Source: an uncultured delta proteobacterium (lineage in GTDB: Bacteria > Desulfobacterota > Desulfomonilia > UBA1062). From it: DNA of 64,000 nt. Location: contig CAVVYZ010000030.1 in assembly GCA_963752595.1 (NCBI GenBank), positions 1 to 64,000 of the forward strand. Direction: 5' to 3'. Shown piece by piece: positions 40,963-52,029 of this stretch. How positions within the stretch are numbered: position 1 is the first letter of the stretch; every line of letters begins with the position of its first letter. Made by a program: the position numbers and the translations under genes. A model generated the notes under the pieces. That model was not told the origin of the DNA, made no database searches, and saw nothing but the letters and a program-made list of their open reading frames with translations.

Positions 40963-42105
40963 ATGGATGCAGCCAAAGAGATCAGGTCCATTACCCCCTT
41001 CCTTGTCATGGATGTGATGGAAAGGGCGAACGCGCTTTCTGCAGCAGGAAGGCAGATCATCCACCTGGAGGTGGGCGAGCCCGATTTCGACACCCCGGAG
41101 TGCATCCGGGAGGCAGCTGCAAAGGCAATGCACAGCGGCCGGACCCATTACACGGATTCTTTAGGGATCATCGAACTGAGGGAAACGATCTGTACGCATT
41201 ACCGGAAGACCTACGGGGTGAATATCGATCCTTCGCAGGTTCTCGTGACCGCGGGTTCATCTCCTGCCCTGCTCACGGCCATCGCCTGCCTCGTGGATCA
41301 GGGCGACGAGATCATCCTGACCGATCCCTACTATGCCTGCTACCCGAATTTCATAAAAATACTGGGCGCGGTTCCACACCTGGTTCGGACGGGAAGCGAC
41401 GATGCCTTTCAGCTCAACCCGTGGAAGGTCAGGGGCGCGATTAACTCGAAGACCAGGGCGGGCATCATCAACTCACCGGCCAACCCCACAGGGGTTTGTC
41501 TCGACAGCGCCCATCTGACTGATATCAGCGCCCTGCGCATCCCCATCATATCCGATGAAATCTACCACGGACTGGTCTATGCCGCCGAGCAGCACACGAT
41601 CCTCGAATATACGGACAATGCCATCGTGATCAACGGCTTCTCGAAAGCCTATGCCATGACCGGATGGCGTCTCGGCTGGGCTGTTTTCCCGAAAAGCCTC
41701 ATCAGGACAGCCCAGAAGATCCAGCAGAACCTGATGATCTGCGCGCCTTCAGTTGCTCAGTGGGCAGGCATTGCTGCGCTTACAGAGGCTGCAAAGGATG
41801 TCGAGCACATGCACCGGGTTTTTGCTCAGCGGCGCCTGGTGATGCTCGAAGAGATGGCCGGGCACGGATTCAAAGTCGAGGTGGAGCCGACCGGTGCGTT
41901 CTATGTGCTCGTGAATATGTCCGAATTCACCAATGATTCATACCAGTTTGCACTCGATATCCTGAATAACACCGGGGTAGGGGTCACGCCCGGCATTGAT
42001 TTCGGCCCCGGGGCAGAGCGGTACATCCGGTTCTCCTATGCGAATTCCGAGGAGAATATCAGAGAGGGCATTGCAAAAGTTGCCCACTATATCAAGGGAT
42101 TATGA
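40963..42105 (+). CDS. PLP-dependent aminotransferase class I/II
   Basis: GEPDFDTP, NSPANPTG, SDEIY, GFSKAYAMTGWRLG, PGIDFG. Confidence 0.95.
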   Translation: MDAAKEIRSITPFLVMDVMERANALSAAGRQIIHLEVGEPDFDTPECIREAAAKAMHSGRTHYTDSLGIIELRETICTHYRKTYGVNIDPSQVLVTAGSSPALLTAIACLVDQGDEIILTDPYYACYPNFIKILGAVPHLVRTGSDDAFQLNPWKVRGAINSKTRAGIINSPANPTGVCLDSAHLTDISALRIPIISDEIYHGLVYAAEQHTILEYTDNAIVINGFSKAYAMTGWRLGWAVFPKSLIRTAQKIQQNLMICAPSVAQWAGIAALTEAAKDVEHMHRVFAQRRLVMLEEMAGHGFKVEVEPTGAFYVLVNMSEFTNDSYQFALDILNNTGVGVTPGIDFGPGAERYIRFSYANSEENIREGIAKVAHYIKGL

Positions 42106-42683
42106 TGGTTAAAATCCGCGATGCAAAGTACGCAGGCACGGTGTATAATACATTGCCAAGCCTGCCTCAGATCGCCTTTGCCGGCCGGTCGAACGTGGGC
42201 AAGTCGTCCCTGATCAATGCCCTGCTTGGCCGCAAAACCCTTGTCAAGATGAGCAAGCAGCCCGGCAAGACCAAGAACATCAATTTTTTCCAGGTGGATA
42301 TAGTGGAGTGCCCGTCCCTCTATATGGTGGATCTCCCCGGGTACGGCTATGCAAAAGTCCACCGGGATATGAAGAGCGCCTGGGATGAACTCGCCTCCCG
42401 GTATTTCCAGAATAACAGAGATTTGAAGATTCTCATGGTCCTCCTCGACATCAGGCGGGACTTGGGCCCGGAAGAACTTATCGTCCTGGATCTCGCCCGG
42501 AAGGCCTCCATCAAGCCCCTGCTCATTGCCACAAAAGCGGACAAGCTCACCTACAGCGGCCGCATTAAACGCATCAAGGAAATCAGGCAGGCAACCGGCA
42601 TAGAGCCTATCCCTGCATCAGCACACACCAAGCTCGGGATGAACGACATATGGGAACGGATTCTTCAAGAAATCAACCCTTGA
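42102..42683 (+). CDS. engB: Ribosome biogenesis GTPase YihA/YsxC
   Basis: GRSNVGKSSLIN, PGKT, DLPGYGYA, TKADK. Confidence 0.95.
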   Translation: MMVKIRDAKYAGTVYNTLPSLPQIAFAGRSNVGKSSLINALLGRKTLVKMSKQPGKTKNINFFQVDIVECPSLYMVDLPGYGYAKVHRDMKSAWDELASRYFQNNRDLKILMVLLDIRRDLGPEELIVLDLARKASIKPLLIATKADKLTYSGRIKRIKEIRQATGIEPIPASAHTKLGMNDIWERILQEINP

Positions 42684-42818
42684 GCCAAAACAGTCGGAGC
42701 GTCTTTCCTTAAGCGGCCAAGCCCCATAGCTGGGTTGAGAAGGCAAGGCAGGACGGCATGACAATGCCGATGATCAACCTGTTCTTGGAATACGGCAGAA
42801 ACGCTGTCGGTACAAATG

Positions 42819-43145
42819 TTACTCCGCAGCGTCCTCATCAGCAACTTCTTCTCTTGCGATGTCCTCGGTGTCCAGGAGATATTCGTCCTTTTCCCTCTCT
42901 TCCTCAGGTTCCACCAGGGAATCAGTATCCACGGATTCGGAAAGGGCATCGCTGTCCTCGGGGAGGACATGCATGTCCGTCTCCACCTTGGAGGGCCAGC
43001 GTTTTCTCTTCTGCTTGAACAGCTGCTTCGTCTCTTTATTGTTCTGGTTTTCTCCGCATGAAGGGCAAATCGGATCGGGCCGCTTGAGGTCATAAAATTT
43101 GCTTTCGCATTTGAAGCACTTGTACCGTGTTCCTAGTTCACCCAC
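42819..43145 (-). CDS. FYDLN-acid domain protein (TIGR02300-like)
   Basis: LGTRYKCFKCESKFYDLKRPDPICPSCG plus acidic tail. Confidence 0.85.
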   Translation of the reverse strand: MGELGTRYKCFKCESKFYDLKRPDPICPSCGENQNNKETKQLFKQKRKRWPSKVETDMHVLPEDSDALSESVDTDSLVEPEEEREKDEYLLDTEDIAREEVADEDAAE

Positions 43146-43254
43146 AGGAATCTCCTTTTCTTTGGTTGAAATGCCTTGTTCTTTGTATGTATTTGCCGCA
43201 ATTTTTAACGAATACCCCGTCCGGGCATCTGCTGATTACCTCTACCCAAACCTG

Positions 43255-43280
43255 ATATCGATTGTCCCGACAATCAATAT
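43255..43280. promoter_or_regulatory. Palindromic operator candidate
   Basis: ATATCGATTGTC-CC-GACAATCAATAT (11/12 match). Confidence 0.45.
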
Positions 43281-43494
43281 GGATAAGGGATACACCTGTT
43301 CATGTCAAGGCGTAAGATCGGTGGGCAGTGCCTAATGCGTTGCGAATATTCACCAGTGAGTGTGTGCCGGGATAATGTGCGGGATGAGAAGGTCACCAGC
43401 TCAAAACAGCAGGGAATTCATCGGAAGCGGGAATCCTGGAGGTTCCTTCCCTCGCGTGGCAGCTTTTGATGCAACGGATGCACGGTTTATTCAT

Positions 43495-43539
43495 GGTAAC
43501 CGGCTATCAGCTGTCAATGGCAGCGTATAGCCGGTTACC
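43495..43539 (-). terminator. Strong hairpin downstream of cheW
   Basis: GGTAACCGGCTAT / ATAGCCGGTTACC perfect 13-bp stem plus inner pairing. Confidence 0.6.
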
Positions 43540-43560
43540 GGCAAGGTCGTTTCTTTTGCT

Positions 43561-44100
43561 TTATACCGGGGCAGGATTTTCCGATAGCCGATCCGGTTTT
43601 TCACTGTTGAATGGAATGTCACCGGCCTGTTGTACAAAAAAGAGCTCATCGGCTGAGAAAACCTTATCGATATCGAGGATCAAAATGAATTCATCCTCTC
43701 TCTTCCCCATTCCCTTGAGAAATTCCGTATTGAGCCTAGTACCGATCCTGGGTACAGGTTCGATGTTTTCCGGTTCGATTTCCATCACCTCCTGCACAGA
43801 ATCGGCCAGGGCGCCTATTACGGTCAAACCCTCATCGATATTGATCTCGCAGATTATAATCCTGCTGAGAACTGTTTTCTCTGCTGTGCCGATACCGAAC
43901 TTTTCCTTGAGATCAATCACAGGAACCACCGATCCTCTTAAATTGATAACACCCTTCATGAAGTTAAAGGCCTGTGGTACCTTCGTGATCTTCGTGTAAT
44001 CAAGGACTTCTCTAACCCGTGAGATTTCCAGAGCGAACTCTTCCTCATCAAGGTTAAACGAGAGATACTGCGTCGTCACAGTTATTCCCTTAACGCTCAT
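43561..44100 (-). CDS. cheW: Chemotaxis coupling protein
   Basis: YLSFNL, VREVL, GVINLRGSVVPVIDL, LILDIDKV. Confidence 0.95.
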   Translation of the reverse strand: MSVKGITVTTQYLSFNLDEEEFALEISRVREVLDYTKITKVPQAFNFMKGVINLRGSVVPVIDLKEKFGIGTAEKTVLSRIIICEINIDEGLTVIGALADSVQEVMEIEPENIEPVPRIGTRLNTEFLKGMGKREDEFILILDIDKVFSADELFFVQQAGDIPFNSEKPDRLSENPAPV

Positions 44101-44220
44101 CGCCTTCTCCTTATTTATTAATTATCTCTAATACATCCTTTAATTCCGGCATTGTCGTGTGGTGCACAAGGGGATGAAGCTCAAGAATGGCGACTCCCCA
44201 TATAACACTCCTCCATTCGA

Positions 44221-46248
44221 TTAGTAGCGCTCGAACTCTTCATCCTTCTTGTCATTATTGGACTCGGTATGATTCATATCCAGGATAACCCCGGATTTCT
44301 GATCCTGATGGGGTATTGTCTTGGTAACCTGGGTGCACTTCCCATCATTCAGGTGGGCTATATGGGAAGGATGGGATAGAGAACTTTTTCTTGAGTTCCG
44401 GTGGGTAACGCCCTTCTGCCCCTCCAGATTACCGATATTGAAGAACGAAATAGCTTCCTGGAGCTGTTGTGCCTGGGATGAGAGCTCTTCAGAGGTAGAG
44501 GACATTTCTTCCGAAGCAGAGGCATTCTGCTGTACGACCTGGTTGAGCTGCTGGATGGCAGCATTGATCTGTTCTGCCCCGGTATTCTGTTCGTTGCTTG
44601 CCGCACTGATCTCCTGAACGAGCTGGGATGTTTTCTGGATGTCGGGAACGATCTGAGTGAGCAGCGAGCCGGCCTTCTCTGCCACCTGGACACTGCTCGA
44701 AGACAGATTGCTTATTTCTCCTGCAGCATCGGCTGATCTTTCTGCAAGCCGACGGACAGCTGCTGCCACGACCGCGAACCCTTTCCCTGCCTCACCTGCC
44801 CGTGCAGCCTCGATTGCTGCGTTCAGGGCAAGGAGATCCGTCTGGCGGGCAATCTCTTCGATGATTGCAATTTTATCGGCTATGGTCTTCATTGCGGTTA
44901 CGGTTTCTTCAACGGCTGTCCCGCCTTCTTTGGCATCCTGGGCTGATTTGACGGCGATCTTTTCTGTCTGCAGGGCATTGTCGGCATTCTGCCGGATATT
45001 GGAGGACATCTGCTCCATGGAGGAAGAAGCCTCTTCGGCAGCAGCCGCCTGCTCGCTCGCGCCCTGGGACATCTGCTCTGCGGTGGAGCTCAGCTCCTCG
45101 CTTCCTGCTGCAACATTGTCTGCAGCGGCATAGACATCGGCGACAATGCCCCGAAGCCGCTCGATCATGATTCTCATAGCATCGGCAAGCTGGCCGATCT
45201 CATCCTTCTGATGTACGTCGATATCTGCCGTGAGATCCCCTTCGGAGACTTTTATGGCAAAGTCTACGCCCTTCTGTAATGCTTTTGTAATGATCTTTGA
45301 AAGCAGGAAGAGGATGACAAAGGCACCTGCAAAGAACAACATTGCCACTACTGCAATTATATACCGGAATTGAATGATAGGAGCCAGAAATTCCTTATCG
45401 GGAAGTGACAGTCCGATGCTCCACCCAGTCATTTTGACCGGAGCGAATCCGCCGGTCTTGGCAATGCCGTTAAAGACATACTGATCGACCCCTGCCTGGC
45501 CGGATATCATCTTTTTCGTGATCTCCTCCATGCCTTTGAGTTCTGCCAGGTTGAGCTTCAGTATGTTCTCTTTCGTCGGATGGGCAATTAAAATCCCTTC
45601 CTTGTCGACCATGTACCCGTAGCCTGTCTGGCCTACCTTGGTGTTCACAATCATGGTGTTGAAGTAGCCTATGTCAAGGACGTTCGCAACCATGCCCACG
45701 ATCTTTCCGTCTGCATAGACCGGTGCTGCAATGGGGATAAAGGGATCGTTGGTCACCTTGTTGAGATTTGCCTTTCCGATATTGGCCTTGCCCGTTATGG
45801 CATCCTTGAAGTAATCTCTGTCTGCAAGAGATAATCCAATGAAATTATTCTGGGAAGCGGCAAAAACTGCACCGTCTTTCCCGGTGACGCACACCACCTG
45901 GGAATTGTCGCGTAAGCCCTCTGTGTCGGCGAATTTCTGAAGCTGCTGATTCAGGGCTCCTATCTCTGCCTGGGCGTTATTCGCACCACCGGATTCGACC
46001 GCAGCAGCAGCCCTGACAAGACTATTGCTCACCGAGAGATCCAGCACTGCCTTCATTTCCGCCTTCAGGGTATTTTCTATACCCTCGGCCATGGATTTCG
46101 TGATCCCGGCAAGTTCCTCGTTCTCGATAGCCGTAAGCCCTTTCGTTGCCTTGTCCACAGAAATATAACCAACCGTTGCCAAAGGCAACAGCAGTATCAC
46201 TGATCCCACGATAATGAGTTTTGCTCCTAATTTTAAATTCTTAAACAT
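44221..46248 (-). CDS. Methyl-accepting chemotaxis protein (Cache sensor, HAMP)
   Basis: Two TMs, DRDYF/GYGYMVD Cache, [41 protein letters not shown]. Confidence 0.96.
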   Translation of the reverse strand: MFKNLKLGAKLIIVGSVILLLPLATVGYISVDKATKGLTAIENEELAGITKSMAEGIENTLKAEMKAVLDLSVSNSLVRAAAAVESGGANNAQAEIGALNQQLQKFADTEGLRDNSQVVCVTGKDGAVFAASQNNFIGLSLADRDYFKDAITGKANIGKANLNKVTNDPFIPIAAPVYADGKIVGMVANVLDIGYFNTMIVNTKVGQTGYGYMVDKEGILIAHPTKENILKLNLAELKGMEEITKKMISGQAGVDQYVFNGIAKTGGFAPVKMTGWSIGLSLPDKEFLAPIIQFRYIIAVVAMLFFAGAFVILFLLSKIITKALQKGVDFAIKVSEGDLTADIDVHQKDEIGQLADAMRIMIERLRGIVADVYAAADNVAAGSEELSSTAEQMSQGASEQAAAAEEASSSMEQMSSNIRQNADNALQTEKIAVKSAQDAKEGGTAVEETVTAMKTIADKIAIIEEIARQTDLLALNAAIEAARAGEAGKGFAVVAAAVRRLAERSADAAGEISNLSSSSVQVAEKAGSLLTQIVPDIQKTSQLVQEISAASNEQNTGAEQINAAIQQLNQVVQQNASASEEMSSTSEELSSQAQQLQEAISFFNIGNLEGQKGVTHRNSRKSSLSHPSHIAHLNDGKCTQVTKTIPHQDQKSGVILDMNHTESNNDKKDEEFERY

Positions 46249-46622
46249 GGTAAACCCCCTTGGATGCATGAGCCTGGGAAAGAGTTAGTACCCTTGATCT
46301 TGAATCCATGAACAGTGCTTCCTTGGTCACAGTAGTCATCTTTACATTCCCCCCTTGGATTGTTTTGTAGCACAGGCAAGGACCCTTTTGCCGTTCAACG
46401 CAATCGATTGCCTGTTTATGGATTGACAGCCACTACATAAGCTGTTTCCCTTTCCACCTGAGCATTTAGCAAGGATGTAATCCTTGCGGTCATAATTTTT
46501 GGTAATAAAAACCAAATATTCTCAGTTGCTATTTAATATCGGAATATATGAGTGTTGCGAATGATAATGAAAGAATTCTTATGAATTAGTGTAGTTAAAC
46601 CACTAATTTATCGAGATGGCTT

Positions 46623-47675
46623 TTATTTTAGATTATAAAGGTAAGCCCTCATATTTATCTTTTTTCCTTTCAGGCCTATCTTCCTCCTGATGTTGTATCT
46701 ATAGGATATGACTGTGTAGACAGAGATGTTCAAAAGCTTTGCAATCTCCTTGGAGGATTTGCCCTCTTTAATGAGGGAAGCCACCTGGATTTCATTCGGA
46801 CTCAGACCAAGGTATTCGGACGAAAGCTCTTTGACAAAGGGTGAGGTTATGTCTTTCAAATGGACCTCGACCTCGGAGAGCAATGCCCTTTGGTTTTCAT
46901 TCAAGCTGGTCGCTTCCAGCCTTTCAAGAAAGGGAAGGACTGATGACTTCATGTTTGAAAGGATGCTCACTTCGATTTCAGCCTTATCTTCATTCCTCTG
47001 TTTGAACAGAACCTTCAAGGCTGTGTTCATCTCTTCGAGTTCCCGCTGGCTCTCCTCGATCTCCACTTCTCTTGCTCTCAAGGCATATTCTATTTTAATC
47101 CGCTCCTCGATCTCCTGCCGGAGACGCTCGACCGAGTCTGTAAGTCTTTCTGTACGTTCGGCGACAATTTTTTCGAGATGAAAATTATATTCCGCCAGTG
47201 CTTCCTCAGCCAGCTTTTTTTCGGTGATATCAAGGGAAAGACTAGCCAGATAAAGCGGATTTCCGCTTCCTTGATCTTTAATGAGTAGTGCAACGGCATA
47301 CACGTCAGTCATCTTGCCTGTCTTTATATTTTTATACTGAAGATCGCCCTCCCAAATGCCGTTTATAGTAACTGCAGGAACGATCTGGTCTCTTATGATA
47401 TCCAAATGATTTTCAGGAATAATATCGTAAACGGAATGCTTGCCGATCTCTTCCCGAGGTATGCCCACTATCCTGCTGCATGCTTCGTTAATAAAAACCA
47501 GCCGGCCATGGAGATCGGATATGCTGATGATCGCGCTTGTATTTTGTACGACAAGGGCCAGTACCTGCATTTCCTCATCTGCCCACCTCTGTTTACCACT
47601 CTTCTCCGGACACTCTTCCGGCGTCATAAAGCTTGTTTTCGGATCTGCATCAAATCTTTCATCTTGTTGTGTCAT
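46623..47675 (-). CDS. PAS-domain LuxR-family transcriptional regulator
   Basis: PAS (DLHGRLVFIN...DITEKK), coiled coil, LSPNEIQVASLIKEGKSSKEIAKLLNIS...IRRKIG. Confidence 0.9.
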   Translation of the reverse strand: MTQQDERFDADPKTSFMTPEECPEKSGKQRWADEEMQVLALVVQNTSAIISISDLHGRLVFINEACSRIVGIPREEIGKHSVYDIIPENHLDIIRDQIVPAVTINGIWEGDLQYKNIKTGKMTDVYAVALLIKDQGSGNPLYLASLSLDITEKKLAEEALAEYNFHLEKIVAERTERLTDSVERLRQEIEERIKIEYALRAREVEIEESQRELEEMNTALKVLFKQRNEDKAEIEVSILSNMKSSVLPFLERLEATSLNENQRALLSEVEVHLKDITSPFVKELSSEYLGLSPNEIQVASLIKEGKSSKEIAKLLNISVYTVISYRYNIRRKIGLKGKKINMRAYLYNLK

Positions 47676-47974
47676 CCCTTTAGGTTCTCCATCACTCTAT
47701 TTGCACGCCACGTATAAAGTGTTCCTCTTTCCGGATACATTCAAAGGAGCCCGGCCTCTAATAACTGGATGACATATTTTCCGGTCTCGTGTTCGGATAT
47801 TGTGGTAAGAAATGTACTAAAAGGTAAGTTTTTGGAAAAATAATGACTTAAGAGCAGGGGGCACTTTTCATAGTGCTTTGGTTCGGATGATGCTTGCATG
47901 TTATGTAGCCTCTCGGTTGGAAGTCATTCGAGCATAGCTCTTTCAGTGAGAGGTATCCAGCTTAACCGAACAAT

Positions 47975-48138
47975 CAATAAGTTACCCTATAGCTTCCGTT
48001 TACTGAGGCAATGCTGTCCTGGGAAAGCCAACCATTTTTTTTAAATGATTAATAAAATGGCATCGCTGATTAAATATGTCAACATCAGCAAACGTGCCTT
48101 ACGGAACTTGTGTAAAGGAGATATCAGGTAACTTATTG
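47975..48138. repeat. 164-bp element bounded by perfect 12-bp inverted repeats with nested internal complementarity
   Basis: CAATAAGTTACC (47975-47986) / GGTAACTTATTG (48127-48138). Confidence 0.5.
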
Positions 48139-48249
48139 GTAAGATCATGGTCTCAGCCTATCCTTCCATAATCCGGCTGAAATCTTTTAGAGCGCATTCT
48201 GCAACAATCCTTCTTGAAAACACCGCTGATATGAAATAGATCTCCTAGC

Positions 48250-50097
48250 ATGAATCAGTTCGACATCATTATCATCGGCGCGGGCCATGCAGGCGCAGAA
48301 GCTGCATTTGCCGCCTCGAAATCCGGCTTGAGCGTTGCGCTCTTCACGATGAATATGGACACCGTGGGAAGGATGCCCTGCAGCCCGTCCATCGGAGGCC
48401 TTGCCAAGAGCCACCTGGTCAAGGAGATCGATGCCCTGGGAGGGATCATGGCCGAGGCAGCCGATGAAACCGCGATCCAGTACCGGGTTCTCAATACGAA
48501 GAAAGGCCCGGCAGTCCGGGCCACAAGGACGCAGAATGACAGAAGGCTCTATGAGGCAGCGGTCAAATCACGGCTGGAGAAGGCCGGCATTCATTTGCGG
48601 CAGGCGCATATCGACCGCATCGAGGTAAAAGAGGGAAAGGTAACCGGGGTTACGGATCATACAGACATGTTTTTTTCAGCCAGTGCCGTCATTATTGCGG
48701 CAGGCACGTTTCTCGCGGGTACTATCCATATAGGTGACAGAAGGTTCCCTGCAGGCAGGGCAGGCGAAGAAGGATCATATGAGCTCGCAGAGAACCTCAA
48801 GTCGCTTGGATTGGTCATGGGCAGACTCAAGACAGGCACCCCGCCGAGGCTGCATATGGATACCATCGATCACGCCTCTTTGCAGAGGCATGACCCCCTC
48901 GAGCACTGCATGCCCTTTGCGTTCGGCTCCAGGGGCTCAACTCTGCCCCAGCTCCCGTGCTACCTGGCCAAGACGACACCTGAGACTCATGAGATCATCC
49001 GCAGCAACATCGGATTGAGTCCGCTGTACTCCGGTGCCATTACGGGAACGCCCGCCCGGTATTGCCCATCTCTCGAAGACAAGGTGATGCGGTTCGGCGA
49101 CCGGCAGGGCCACCAGGTCATCATAGAGCCGGAGGGCTTAAGCACGCGGGAAGTCTATGCATCGGGGCTGGGCAACTCTTTGCCCGTGGACCTCCAGTGG
49201 CAGATCGTCCGGTCCGTTCCCGGGCTGGAGAAGGCGGAAATCATCAGGCCGGCGTATGCCATCGAATATGACTATATCCTGCCTACCCAGCTTCTTCGCA
49301 CCCTCGAAACGAAGATCGTGAAAGGACTTTACCTTGCCGGCCAGGTCAACGGGACCTCCGGGTACGAGGAGGCGGCAGCACAGGGGCTCATGGCAGGAAT
49401 CAGTGCGTGTTTGAAGATCAAAGGAGAAGAGCCTTTTATCCTGGACAGGTCCGAGGCCTATATTGCAGTCATGATTGACGACCTCGTAACCAAAGGCACA
49501 TCCGAGCCTTACCGCATGTTCACCTCCCGGGCAGAGTACCGCCTTCTGCTCCGGGAAACCAATGCCCTCTTCAGGATTACCGGCAAGGCCCATGCGTTAG
49601 GCCTCATCACCCAGGAACGGAGGTCGCAAGTTCACGATGTCCTCAAGGAGATGGAGGAGCTTGACAATCATCTCGGCAGGACGTCTATCGTGATCCCCCG
49701 GGATATGCCTTCTGTAGTGCCGACGCGCGGGGCGGAAAGCGAGCGGATCAGCCTGAAAAAGCTCCTGAAAAGGCCCGAAGTGAGCATTGACGACCTCGCG
49801 AAAGCAGGCTTCACCCCCTCGGCAAGCCCCATATGTGCCGTCGAGGTGGAAGTGGGCATCAAGTACGAAGGCTACATATCTCGGCAGATAAGGGATATCG
49901 CACACTTCAAAGAGATGGAGCGGATGAGGATACCGGATGCACTCGATTATAACAAGATCGAAGGGCTTTCCAATGAGCTCAAAGTAAGGCTGATGGAGAT
50001 CCGGCCCTTTACGCTGGGCCAGGCGGCGCTTATCGAAGGGATGACCCCTGCGGGGCTTCAGGCACTGAAGGTCGGCATCAGAGCTTCATCTTCCTGA
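48250..50097 (+). CDS. mnmG: tRNA uridine 5-carboxymethylaminomethyl modification enzyme
   Basis: [60 protein letters not shown]. Confidence 0.97.
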   Translation: MNQFDIIIIGAGHAGAEAAFAASKSGLSVALFTMNMDTVGRMPCSPSIGGLAKSHLVKEIDALGGIMAEAADETAIQYRVLNTKKGPAVRATRTQNDRRLYEAAVKSRLEKAGIHLRQAHIDRIEVKEGKVTGVTDHTDMFFSASAVIIAAGTFLAGTIHIGDRRFPAGRAGEEGSYELAENLKSLGLVMGRLKTGTPPRLHMDTIDHASLQRHDPLEHCMPFAFGSRGSTLPQLPCYLAKTTPETHEIIRSNIGLSPLYSGAITGTPARYCPSLEDKVMRFGDRQGHQVIIEPEGLSTREVYASGLGNSLPVDLQWQIVRSVPGLEKAEIIRPAYAIEYDYILPTQLLRTLETKIVKGLYLAGQVNGTSGYEEAAAQGLMAGISACLKIKGEEPFILDRSEAYIAVMIDDLVTKGTSEPYRMFTSRAEYRLLLRETNALFRITGKAHALGLITQERRSQVHDVLKEMEELDNHLGRTSIVIPRDMPSVVPTRGAESERISLKKLLKRPEVSIDDLAKAGFTPSASPICAVEVEVGIKYEGYISRQIRDIAHFKEMERMRIPDALDYNKIEGLSNELKVRLMEIRPFTLGQAALIEGMTPAGLQALKVGIRASSS

Positions 50098-51244
50098 CGG
50101 ACGAAAGTATCTCAAGCTGCCTTTTGAATACATAGTGCTGGAGATGTTGAATATCAGCGGCATGCAGCTTTATGGACAGCCCATAAGAGAAATCGCTGTC
50201 CGTGAGCTCTTCTTTGAAGACGACTTCTGCGGTGCCGAGCAGGGTTTGATTCAAAGGGGCAGGCTCCACAGGGAAGATCTGGGTATTGTCCATCACTGCA
50301 TGGGGAAGGGCCTGATAGGTCGGCAGCGTCAGGGAGATGGGATAGATCTTTTCTTTCTGAAGACCTTCATAAGGTATCGCCAGGCCTACCCCTCCCTCGC
50401 TGATATCCCGGACCGGGATGTGAAGCGTCTGATGATCGCGGGGAAGGACGTGGATAATGACAGGGTCTTTCGGGTCCGGCTCCACGCGTATGAACTGACG
50501 TTTCTGCTCGTATATCCTTTCCGGAAGAAACGCGACGATCCTGCCCTGATACAGGGTATCCACGCGGAGATCAAAACCCATGGTCTCTTCATGATGGGTA
50601 AAGAAGCCTGAAAGAGGTTTGCCCATTCCCATCTGCGTGTAGAGCTCTATGAACTCGTCGGGCCTGAAATTATCTAAAACGAGCTTGGGCTCGAAATCAC
50701 CTGTTATCTGAATGATCTCTCCGGTGACGGTGATCGTCGGGAGATCTTCCTGGAACTGGCACGTGAACAGGATCCTTCCTCGCTCCCTGATGATGTTCTG
50801 GAATAAGGCCTTGATCTCGGCAGGATCCTGCGAAGGTTTGGTGTAGGGTTCCTGGGGCGCCTTATGCAAAGACGCATGTACGTTGGACATGTCCTGGCAT
50901 TTCTGGAGAAACGTGACGAATCCCAGCGCCGTGATCTTGGAGATCCCGGATGAGTCGAGAAAGAGGATTCCCTGGGAAGCATACTGCAGGATGTCAAATT
51001 CTTTGATTTCTGAACCGGAATAGACAATGATGGGACCCACAATACCGCGATTCCGGATATGGGTTACGGTGTCCTGGAAGTTCCAGTAAAAAGGCAGGAC
51101 CACGATGTCCCTTGGAGAGCCCTGCTTGAGCAGTTCATAAACCATGGCCGCAATATCCATGATCCTGCAGGGGAACTCATCGCCCTTGATTCCGAGGTCC
51201 CTTGCATCATCCTGGGTAATCCAAACAGTCGCTTTTCCGATCAT
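50078..51244 (-). CDS. PilZ-domain (c-di-GMP receptor) protein
   Basis: QKRQFIR and DISEGG PilZ motifs, C-terminal YVFKRQ. Confidence 0.8.
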   Translation of the reverse strand: MIGKATVWITQDDARDLGIKGDEFPCRIMDIAAMVYELLKQGSPRDIVVLPFYWNFQDTVTHIRNRGIVGPIIVYSGSEIKEFDILQYASQGILFLDSSGISKITALGFVTFLQKCQDMSNVHASLHKAPQEPYTKPSQDPAEIKALFQNIIRERGRILFTCQFQEDLPTITVTGEIIQITGDFEPKLVLDNFRPDEFIELYTQMGMGKPLSGFFTHHEETMGFDLRVDTLYQGRIVAFLPERIYEQKRQFIRVEPDPKDPVIIHVLPRDHQTLHIPVRDISEGGVGLAIPYEGLQKEKIYPISLTLPTYQALPHAVMDNTQIFPVEPAPLNQTLLGTAEVVFKEELTDSDFSYGLSIKLHAADIQHLQHYVFKRQLEILSSVRKMKL

Positions 51245-51261
51245 GGCTCTCCTGTATGAAG

Positions 51262-52029
51262 CTATTCGAGGTCGTCGAGACGCTGCTGCGCCATGGCGCC
51301 GTAAACGCCGTTCGGGTCGAGCGTGACCACTTCATGTAAGAATTTGATCGCTTCCTTCTTTTCTCCCCTCTTGATGAGGAGCTGGGAGAGGCCCCAGTAA
51401 GCCTCGACATATCCGTTGAACTCGAGAATCGCGTGATTGAAGCCCTCGATAGCCTGCCTCTCGTCACCCTGCTTGATGAATATCTGCGCTGAGATATTCC
51501 ATGCAGGGGCATAATGCGGATTGCTGTCCAGAGCCAGCCGGGCAGCCTTCTGGGCATCCTCGTACCGGTCCATGTCCAAATAGACCGATGCGAGGTTGAA
51601 GTATGCATATTCGGGTGTCACATAGAGTTCGTCTTTGACCGCATTCTTGAAGGCGCTTACGGCCTCCTCTTTCTGACCTTTGAGCACCAGGATAGAGCCT
51701 TTCAGATTATAGGCCTCGCTCTTCAATCCCGGGTGATCCAGGCCGAGATTGTCTGCATAGTGGATCGCCTTGTCGACATTCTCCAGGGCTCTGTCATATT
51801 TTTCGGATTTCCAGTAGGCAAGGGTGAATGCATAGTAGACCTCGGGATCGCTCGGGTTTGCCTCGAGCCCCCTTCTCAGTTCAACGAGCGCTCCCTGGGT
51901 ATCGTCCTTCTCAATCTTTCCCATGGCCAAGGATACAAAAGGCTTGGAAAGAGAACGCTTTTCCTTGAAGGATGCAGCGCAGCCCATGATCAGGGCAATG
52001 ATAAAGATAGAAACAATGCTTTTTTTCAT
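51262..52029 (-). CDS. TPR lipoprotein, PilF/PilW-type secretin pilotin
   Basis: Lipobox LIMGC, TPRs, AVKDELYVTPEYAYFNL (compare PilF DPLYxTPxxAYxNLG). Confidence 0.75.
   Translation of the reverse strand: MKKSIVSIFIIALIMGCAASFKEKRSLSKPFVSLAMGKIEKDDTQGALVELRRGLEANPSDPEVYYAFTLAYWKSEKYDRALENVDKAIHYADNLGLDHPGLKSEAYNLKGSILVLKGQKEEAVSAFKNAVKDELYVTPEYAYFNLASVYLDMDRYEDAQKAARLALDSNPHYAPAWNISAQIFIKQGDERQAIEGFNHAILEFNGYVEAYWGLSQLLIKRGEKKEAIKFLHEVVTLDPNGVYGAMAQQRLDDLE

Noticed and set aside
46270-46620. Canonical c-di-GMP-I (GEMM) riboswitch before the MCP
   Set aside because: GCAAA...GAAA...GACGCAAAG pattern not found
47676-48249. E. coli-style oriC upstream of mnmG
   Set aside because: Only weak degenerate DnaA-box matches and no clear cluster
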